Of a DNA stretch of 64,000 nt, positions 58,082-64,000 are shown one piece after another. Numbering within the stretch: the stretch's first letter is position 1; every line of letters begins with the position of its first letter. Under the pieces are notes generated by a model. It saw nothing but the letters and a program-made list of their open reading frames with translations, was not told where the DNA came from and did not search any database. The translations under genes were made by a program, and so were the position numbers. Origin of the DNA: Candidatus Uhrbacteria bacterium (lineage in GTDB: Bacteria > Patescibacteriota > Patescibacteriia > UBA9934); the NCBI GenBank assembly GCA_903827265.1, contig CAIKHN010000019.1, positions 11,814-75,813 on the forward strand, in the 5' to 3' direction.

Positions 58082-58158
58082 TGGTAGGCTCACCTGGACT
58101 CGAACCAGGGACCACCGAGGTATAAGCTCGGCGCTCTAACCAACTGAGCTATGAGCCC
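58082..58158 (-). tRNA. tRNA-Ile with anticodon TAT (UAU), which would decode AUA
   Basis: GGGCTCATAGCTCAGTTGGTTAGAGCGCCGAGCTTATACCTCGGTGGTCCCTGGTTCGAGTCCAGGTGAGCCTACCA. The body resembles bacterial tRNA-Ile. Anticodon loop CTTATAC. Confidence 0.75.
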
Positions 58159-58372
58159 AGAAAAACTATCCAAGTTTGTCGGCTGCGTTGTCGTGCCTCC
58201 GGTCCTCGCTCGACGTACCATGACGTACGCCTCGCTTTGGTCCTCGGCACTCCTAGCATCCGGCAAACTTAATAGTTTTTCATCGATTCGATGCCGGTAA
58301 TTCTACTCTGGTTAAAGCTTTCCCTCAAGTATAACGCTTTCAAAAAAGCGCGATCCATGCCATACTCCGGCC

Positions 58373-59305
58373 ATGAAAACCATCGAAATTCCAGGCATTG
58401 AACCAAAACGTCTCGACATCGCACTCGCGGAAGTCCTTGAATTGAGCCGTTCAAAGGCGCAAAAGATCATTGCCGATGGCCGAGTCCTGGTAAATGGAAC
58501 TGAAGCAAATGCCCATGAATTGGTATCTTCCGGATCAAAAGTAGAAGTCGCTGATCCAAAAGCGCCTATTATTGATCCGAACGCGAAACCGATCGCTCCC
58601 CTCAATATCCTCTACGAAGACGCCGACGTTCTCGTGGTGAACAAACCTGCTGGACTCCTCGTTCACCCGACCACTACAAGCAACGAACCAACACTACTCG
58701 ATCTTCTTCGCGCACACATTCCAGATCTCGATGCTGTTGGCGACGACACGGCGCGTGCCGGCATTGTGCACCGTCTGGACAAACTCGCGTCCGGCGTCGT
58801 TATTGTCGCGAAAACGCCTGAGGCTTTCGTTCACTTAAAAGCACAATTCGCGCAACGCCTCACCGAAAAGCGATACACCGCACTCGTCATGGGCAACGTC
58901 ACCGATGATTCCGGTACCATCACCTTCCCTATTGCCCGATCGCAATCCAACGCCCGAATGGCAGCACGACCAAGTTCGCAAGAAGGCAAAGACGCTATTA
59001 CACATTTCGACGTGCTCCATCGTTATGCAAGCGCAACACTTCTTGATGTTCGCATTGAAACCGGTCGAACACACCAGATTCGCGTGCACTTCTTCGCTCT
59101 CGGCCATCCAGTCGCCGGCGACGATCTCTACACTATCCGCGGCGTAAAGCAGATTCCTCTTGATCGGCTGTTCCTTCATGCTCGAGCACTCACCATCGAT
59201 CTTCCGAGTGGCGAACGCAAAACCTTTGAGGCTCCGTTGCCACCAGAGCTCGAACTCGCGCTCACAAAACTCGCAGAACCCCATCTCCAACGTACAGCTC
59301 GATAA
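58373..59305 (+). CDS. rluD: 23S rRNA pseudouridine synthase, RluD subfamily (S4 + RluA catalytic domain)
   Basis: S4-like N-terminus. VNKPAGLLVHP...HRLDKLASGVVIVAKT catalytic Asp motif. Confidence 0.85.
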   Translation: MKTIEIPGIEPKRLDIALAEVLELSRSKAQKIIADGRVLVNGTEANAHELVSSGSKVEVADPKAPIIDPNAKPIAPLNILYEDADVLVVNKPAGLLVHPTTTSNEPTLLDLLRAHIPDLDAVGDDTARAGIVHRLDKLASGVVIVAKTPEAFVHLKAQFAQRLTEKRYTALVMGNVTDDSGTITFPIARSQSNARMAARPSSQEGKDAITHFDVLHRYASATLLDVRIETGRTHQIRVHFFALGHPVAGDDLYTIRGVKQIPLDRLFLHARALTIDLPSGERKTFEAPLPPELELALTKLAEPHLQRTAR

Positions 59306-59316
59306 CACGCGCTTCT

Positions 59317-59883
59317 ATGATTATTGCACTGTCGGGTGAACCCGGAGCAGGAAAATCAACCGTCAAAAATCTCCTGTCGAATCGCCTGCACTTGAAATCG
59401 TATTCCATGGGCGACCTTCGTGGAAAAATGGCGCTTACCCAGGGTATTACCATCGACGAGCTCAATGCGCGAGGCATGGACGACATTGCGTCTGACCGTG
59501 AAGTTGACGCGTTCCAAACGACCCTTGGAGAAACTGAGGACAACTTCATTATTGACGGCTGGCTGTCGTGGCACTTCATTCCCAACGCCTTCAAAGTGCA
59601 GCTCACCGTAGACCCAAAAATCGCCGCAGAACGCATTTTTGCGGCTCGATCGTTAGAATCAGACCGAAACGACGAGCCCCAATACGCCTCAGTGGCCGAA
59701 ACGCAAAGCATACTCGCGAAACGCGTGGAGCAAAACGAGGCACGATACCAGAAATGGTACGGTATTTCCCTTAAAAATGACGGAAAATACGATGTCGTCG
59801 TCGACACCACGCACCTCACCCCGGCCGAAGTTGCCGACGCTATCCTTGCGGCCATCCCCAAAAATCTTGACCCTCAGCCATAA
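59317..59883 (+). CDS. cmk: Cytidylate kinase (short, archaeal-type P-loop NMP kinase)
   Basis: MIIALSGEPGAGKSTV P-loop. About 188 aa. Confidence 0.55.
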   Translation: MIIALSGEPGAGKSTVKNLLSNRLHLKSYSMGDLRGKMALTQGITIDELNARGMDDIASDREVDAFQTTLGETEDNFIIDGWLSWHFIPNAFKVQLTVDPKIAAERIFAARSLESDRNDEPQYASVAETQSILAKRVEQNEARYQKWYGISLKNDGKYDVVVDTTHLTPAEVADAILAAIPKNLDPQP

Positions 59884-59924
59884 TTCCGCTATCCTTTCGC
59901 AATCTTTAGGAACCCAACCGAACT

Positions 59925-60266
59925 ATGACCGACGCTATCGAAACCACCGACATCATGCCAACCGTCGAAACTGGCATGTTGATCCGTATTCATGAGAAAA
60001 TCCAAGACGTGAATGCAAAGGGCGAGCCACGCGAGCGCATCCAGATCTTTGAAGGTTTGGTAACTGGTACCCGCGGTGCCGGAGCATCAAAGTCGTTCGT
60101 TGTCCGCAAGGAAAGCAACGGATTCGGCGTTGAGAAGATTTTTCCAACCACATCGCCGGTTATCACCAAAATCGAAGTTGTGAAGCGCTACAAGGTCCGC
60201 AAGCGCAAGTTGAACTTCATGAAAGACTTCGGCCGCAAGTTGCGCGAACTCGTCGTCAAGAAATAA
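59925..60266 (+). CDS. rplS: 50S ribosomal protein L19
   Basis: RIQIFEGLVTGTRGAGASKSFVVRKESNGFGVEKIFPTTSPVITKIEVVKRYKVRKRKL. Confidence 0.9.
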   Translation: MTDAIETTDIMPTVETGMLIRIHEKIQDVNAKGEPRERIQIFEGLVTGTRGAGASKSFVVRKESNGFGVEKIFPTTSPVITKIEVVKRYKVRKRKLNFMKDFGRKLRELVVKK

Positions 60267-60285
60267 TCACCGTTCTTTCAAAGAC

Positions 60286-60312
60286 GCCTCCGATTGTCGG
60301 AGGTGTTTTTGT
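60286..60312 (+). terminator. Intrinsic terminator after rplS
   Basis: GCCTCCGA-ttg-TCGGAGG followed by TGTTTTTGT. Confidence 0.7.
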
Positions 60313-60326
60313 ATAATGAACGCATG

Positions 60327-61703
60327 TTATATCGCCGGTTCGCAACCGAACTCCGCGCTCTTATACTCACATCGAACCGGAGCGTCAGGATCAGAAGTCA
60401 GCACATCACTCCCAATTGAACATTTATCTTGATTACAGATCTCCTCGAGCAATGTCGCAGCTTTTTCGGACATGATCGACGCTGTTGTTCCACTATATCC
60501 AAATTGCAAATCATCGTACACATCACAACCAACCATCGTATCGCTTCCATCACGTGACTCTGCGGCCTTTGTTCGAAGACCGCTACAATTGAATCCTTGG
60601 TAGTCACTGGAAAGTGATCCGAGCCCAGTTCCTGCAGTGATACAACTCTGGATTGTCGCATCATATTCACAATACGTCTGATGCTCGCCGTTTGATCCTC
60701 CATCAAATTCCTGCATTGCACCACAGACAGAATCGGATGCGAGCGAACTCGGAATATCAAAGCACGATGTACACATTTTCTCGCCCTTTACCGACACACA
60801 CGATCGACCGTCATCACAGTATGTGTAATTACACACATCGCCGTCTTTCCACGATCCAAGAACGCCATCCTTGAGGTGGCCCGAATCCGTAATCGTTGCG
60901 GTCCCGCCACATACTGTTGTTCCTGGAGGGTTATTTGTTGTAACCCCGTACCCCGCTTCGTCATGAAGCGCTTCGCATGACGACGCAGCGTCAAGAAGCG
61001 TCACTTCGCGGATCATTGGAACTTTTAGCGCGTTAAACACCGTAAGACGTGGATCGATCAAATTGAGAATAACGAAGATACTCAAAAGGATGACGACACC
61101 GGTAATTGCGTTCGTAATGCGCGTTTTTGCCTTTTCGATGTATTTGCTCTTTCCACGCGAGAGGACGTATTGCAAACCGCCAAGCATCATCATGACCACC
61201 GCAATTAATGCTGCCGCTGGAAGAAGCCAGGTATAAACAATATTAATGTACGTTGGAAGATTTTCAATTTCCGTAATGCTTCCAATAGGAACATTCAGCG
61301 TATACGGCGCTTCGTCGGCATAACAATATTTCTGCTCTTTCAGACCTGTCTTCGTTTTTGTGCAGTCGTACGGCATCCCCACAGAGGTATCCCATGTTGC
61401 GTGAATCGTTGAACCGTGGCTATTTCCCGTCCATGCCTTACATTGCTCTTCAGTCCAACACTTCGGATTTTCCGTTGGATAAAACTGCTGATCCGTGAAG
61501 CATCCAACAAATTGCGTATTCGTGTCAGCACACGTTTGCTGACATTGCTCCCTACTCATTGCGTCTGCGTCTACCGAACCGCTTCCCTGCGATCCGCAAA
61601 AGCATTCGCACGTCGACGTCGACGCAAACGACACCTTTGGAGAAAAGGTGAAGAGCGCCACCAAGGCGACGAACACACAAAGACTACGTTTTACGCATTG
61701 CAT
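60327..61703 (-). CDS. Secreted/membrane Cys-rich protein. Signal peptide, then an extracytoplasmic Cys-rich domain of about 120 aa, a central TM hairpin, and a C-terminal Cys-rich domain of about 230 aa
   Basis: MQCVKRSLCVFVALVALFTFSPKVSFA signal peptide. More than 30 Cys. TM pair YINIVYTWLLPAAALIAVVMMMLGGLQYVL / ITGVVILLSIFVILNLI. Confidence 0.65.
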   Translation of the reverse strand: MQCVKRSLCVFVALVALFTFSPKVSFASTSTCECFCGSQGSGSVDADAMSREQCQQTCADTNTQFVGCFTDQQFYPTENPKCWTEEQCKAWTGNSHGSTIHATWDTSVGMPYDCTKTKTGLKEQKYCYADEAPYTLNVPIGSITEIENLPTYINIVYTWLLPAAALIAVVMMMLGGLQYVLSRGKSKYIEKAKTRITNAITGVVILLSIFVILNLIDPRLTVFNALKVPMIREVTLLDAASSCEALHDEAGYGVTTNNPPGTTVCGGTATITDSGHLKDGVLGSWKDGDVCNYTYCDDGRSCVSVKGEKMCTSCFDIPSSLASDSVCGAMQEFDGGSNGEHQTYCEYDATIQSCITAGTGLGSLSSDYQGFNCSGLRTKAAESRDGSDTMVGCDVYDDLQFGYSGTTASIMSEKAATLLEEICNQDKCSIGSDVLTSDPDAPVRCEYKSAEFGCEPAI

Positions 61704-62475
61704 CGAGAATTTGGGTAAAGATCGTAAATGGAACAGATCCCTCAACTTTTTCTCCGTTAAAGAAGAACGTTGGCGTTCCAACCACACCAGCGGTTACACC
61801 GTCGGAACCGTCGGCAGCAACGTCATTCGCATAATACCCGCCATCAAGGCATCGACCGAACGCTTTCATATCGAGCCCGATTGACTCAGCAACAGCGTTC
61901 ACTGTTTCAACTCCAAGGACGTCATTCGTTGCGAACACTGCATCATGATACTCCCAAAACTTCCCTTGTTCGGCGGCGCAACCCCCAGCCTCGGCAGCGA
62001 TCGTCGCACCAGGATGCAAGTCTTCTAATGGAAAATTTCGGAAAATCACACGAACGTCATCGTGATATTGCTGAGCAATAGCGCGAACAATTGGTGCAAC
62101 TTCTTTAGAGTATGGACATCCGAAGTCAGCAAACTCTACGAGAGTGATTTTTGCACCTTTTGTCCCCAGGGACGGATCACTTGCGCCAATCAATGCTGCA
62201 GCGTCTGTATTCGTTGCTGCTTTTGTTGCAAATGCAGCAACCTTCCGCGTAAAGCTCGTGGTGGTGTATGCAAGCGCCGGATTAATGCTCCCACTACGGA
62301 TGTCCCGATAAAATCCAAACACCCGCCAAGAAAATGCCAGAACGACGCCGATCGCCAAAACAAAACCAACAAACCCAAGAATACGACTCGCCGACCACCA
62401 AGAATGCCTTGGAGGCTCTGGCGGCACCGGAAGCATGCTGATTTCTTCAGTCTCCTCCATATATGCACGAATCAT
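61684..62475 (-). CDS. Membrane-anchored thioredoxin-fold (DsbA-like) protein with a CPYS active-site variant
   Basis: TM anchor ILGFVGFVLAIGVVLAFSW. ITLVEFADFGCPYSKE...GTPTFFFNG thioredoxin fold. Its 3' end overlaps the start of the Cys-rich protein gene by about 20 nt. Confidence 0.65.
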   Translation of the reverse strand: MIRAYMEETEEISMLPVPPEPPRHSWWSASRILGFVGFVLAIGVVLAFSWRVFGFYRDIRSGSINPALAYTTTSFTRKVAAFATKAATNTDAAALIGASDPSLGTKGAKITLVEFADFGCPYSKEVAPIVRAIAQQYHDDVRVIFRNFPLEDLHPGATIAAEAGGCAAEQGKFWEYHDAVFATNDVLGVETVNAVAESIGLDMKAFGRCLDGGYYANDVAADGSDGVTAGVVGTPTFFFNGEKVEGSVPFTIFTQILDAMRKT

Positions 62476-62535
62476 AGCATAATTTCATGGATCGATCTTT
62501 ACGGACCATCCCCAATTTGGTATGCTTCACGCACT

Positions 62536-62751
62536 ATGATTCTCGATATTCTCCAGGTGGTTCTTGCCATTCTTTTAACAGGTGCAATTTTACTTCAGGC
62601 TCGCGGAACAAACGTCGGACTCGCATTTGGCGGAGACGGAAGCTTCTACCGCACACGCCGCGGCATTGAGAAAAAATTGCATATCGCCACCGTTGTTATC
62701 GCAATTCTCTTCTTTGCGACTGCATTAACAAACAGTCTTTTCACGTTCTAG
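62536..62751 (+). CDS. secG: Preprotein translocase subunit SecG
   Basis: 71 aa: MILDILQVVLAILLTGAILLQARGTNVGLAFGGDGSFYRTRRGIEKKLHIATVVIAILFFATALTNSLFTF (two TM helices with a Gly-rich loop). The upstream 155 aa of the track's ORF are an extension. Confidence 0.7.
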   Translation: MILDILQVVLAILLTGAILLQARGTNVGLAFGGDGSFYRTRRGIEKKLHIATVVIAILFFATALTNSLFTF

Positions 62752-62830
62752 TCTCTCTCTTCATATTTCGCACTCTTTTTCCTCTATCCGTGCGCGGTGC
62801 TCTCGTTGGATCGCTTCGATCCGCTCTTTT

Positions 62831-64000
62831 GTGCAAACGCCAAAACGATCCTCGGCACGCAACGTCGCCGTCCAGCAAATCGTTCGTCTTCGTGGAGGTC
62901 AATTCCCTACATGGAAGCAATGGAAGGAACTACCGCGTTTTCTCTCAGCAAAAGAGCGGCAAACTTTCGGAATCGCTCTGCTTCTCTGTGTTCTCTCTGG
63001 CGCAACGCTCGGCGCACGACTTTGGCTTTCGCACGAAACAGTTCTTGCGGCAGTCGGAGGCTCGTACACAGAAGGAGCGCTCGGTGCTCCACAATATATC
63101 AACCCCCTTTACGCAACCGGCAGTGACGTCGATAGCGACTTAACTCGACTCGTTTTCTCTGGATTAATGCGATACGACGAGCATCATGCGCTCGTTCCAG
63201 ATCTTGCAACGAACTACGCAATTTCTGACGATCAAAAAACATACACATTCACCCTTCGCGACAACGCGCTATGGCATGACGACGAGCCGGTCACAAGCGC
63301 CGACGTCCTGTTCACCATGAATGCTATTCAAAATCCGGAATACCACAGTCCGCTCGCAGTAAGTTTTGCAGGATCGAGCGTTGAGACGCCGAACGATCAC
63401 ACCGTCGTTTTCACTCTTGAGGAACCGTTTGCTCCTTTTCTTGCCGCACTCACCGTCGGTATTCTTCCGGCACATTTATGGGAAGACGTTTCGCCACAAA
63501 ATGCTCCCTTGGCCCAGTTCAACATTAAACCTGTCGGCAGCGGTCCATTCATGTTCTCGAAGCTCGCAAAAGACAATAAAGGTTCACTACGAAGCTATAC
63601 GGTTCAGCGGAACGCAAAATTCTATCGCGGAACCGTGTACCTTAGTGATATCACACTCAAATTCTACAATTCGCTTCAGGAATTAACCGACGCTGTTCGA
63701 AACAAAAACGTCGAAGGAGCCTCAGTTCTTGCAGCTCAGGACGCACAAAGCCTGGCACATGACGGCGTTATTGCTCTTGGCTCACCGCAGCTTTCTCAGT
63801 TTACCGCAGCATTCTTTAATCAAAAGCAATCTGCTGCGCTTGCCGACGACAACGTCCGCCAAGCACTCGCCATTGCAACCGATCGAACGCTCGTCGCACA
63901 AACATCAGCCGGAGCCTACGCAACACCAATCGTTTCCCCTCTCCTGCCCGACATGCCTGGATATTCTGCCGTTACGATTCCTGGAGCAGACACCGAAGGC
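62831..64000 (+). CDS. ABC transporter substrate-binding protein, family 5 (oligopeptide/nickel type), with N-terminal TM anchor. 3'-truncated by the window end
   Basis: Hand-translated frame: ...FGIALLLCVLSGATLGARLWLSHETVLAAVGGSYTEGALGAPQYINPLYATGSDVDSDLTRLVFSGLMRYDE...DDEPVTSADVLFTMNAIQNPEY.... This frame has no ATG upstream of the TM segment; the GTG at 62831 is the first plausible start. Not in the ORF track because it has no in-window stop. Confidence 0.65.
   Translation, partial: MQTPKRSSARNVAVQQIVRLRGGQFPTWKQWKELPRFLSAKERQTFGIALLLCVLSGATLGARLWLSHETVLAAVGGSYTEGALGAPQYINPLYATGSDVDSDLTRLVFSGLMRYDEHHALVPDLATNYAISDDQKTYTFTLRDNALWHDDEPVTSADVLFTMNAIQNPEYHSPLAVSFAGSSVETPNDHTVVFTLEEPFAPFLAALTVGILPAHLWEDVSPQNAPLAQFNIKPVGSGPFMFSKLAKDNKGSLRSYTVQRNAKFYRGTVYLSDITLKFYNSLQELTDAVRNKNVEGASVLAAQDAQSLAHDGVIALGSPQLSQFTAAFFNQKQSAALADDNVRQALAIATDRTLVAQTSAGAYATPIVSPLLPDMPGYSAVTIPGADTEG

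Noticed and set aside
62797-63126. ORF 62797-63126 (109 aa), with a GGAGG about 12 nt upstream of its ATG
   Set aside because: Its translation is Arg/Ser-rich junk. The overlapping +1 frame encodes a clear family-5 substrate-binding protein with a TM anchor continuing to the window end. This assumes the binding-protein gene uses a non-ATG start (GTG at 62831), or that there is an assembly frameshift I cannot detect.
1-64000. CRISPR array, rRNA genes, transposase/IS elements, integrase
   Set aside because: No regularly spaced direct repeats with unique spacers. No rRNA-like conserved stretches. No ORF with DDE, integrase or recombinase motifs. The only repeats present are the three families reported.

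Overview
This 64-kb window is densely packed with genes, mostly on the minus strand, and looks like part of a small, streamlined bacterial chromosome. My inference is a monoderm-like, reduced-genome lineage that uses the standard genetic code; a candidate-phyla-radiation/Patescibacteria-type organism would fit, but I cannot prove that from sequence alone. Evidence for the standard code is an intact RF2 gene and TGA used as a stop codon.

The housekeeping backbone includes dprA, topA, rel, parA, parB, glyQS, rsmA, prfB, groES, groEL, yidC, nusA, yraN, argS, tyrS, valS, rluD, cmk, rplS and secG, plus a DsbA/VKOR pair. There are five tRNA genes: initiator Met, Leu-GAG, Val-UAC, Val-GAC and an unusual Ile-UAU.

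Several accessory features interrupt this backbone:
1. A 2936-aa secreted, Cys-rich giant protein with an internal repeated module, sitting between a membrane protein with Ca-binding repeats and a small downstream gene.
2. A 1465-aa acidic, coiled-coil/low-complexity protein with no recognisable family.
3. A >=900-aa polytopic membrane protein that runs off the window start.
4. Three compositionally atypical GC-rich islets: a secreted M23 peptidase, a lipoprotein, and a tandem cassette of three paralogous small genes. Each cassette copy carries the same 49-bp terminator-containing repeat.
5. A family of short GC-rich palindromic elements: one copy is intergenic next to groES, and two lie in-frame inside valS.
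6. A 35-bp hairpin direct repeat that brackets a single methyltransferase gene.
7. A CCA-enzyme-like nucleotidyltransferase whose catalytic DxD is replaced by HxxH.
8. A thioredoxin-fold DsbA-like gene overlapping a 30+-Cys secreted protein that has a central transmembrane hairpin.

No CRISPR array, rRNA gene, reverse transcriptase/DGR or transposase was recognised. The supplied ORF track omits genes without an in-window stop and lists some N-terminal extensions and antisense ORFs; I corrected these by hand.
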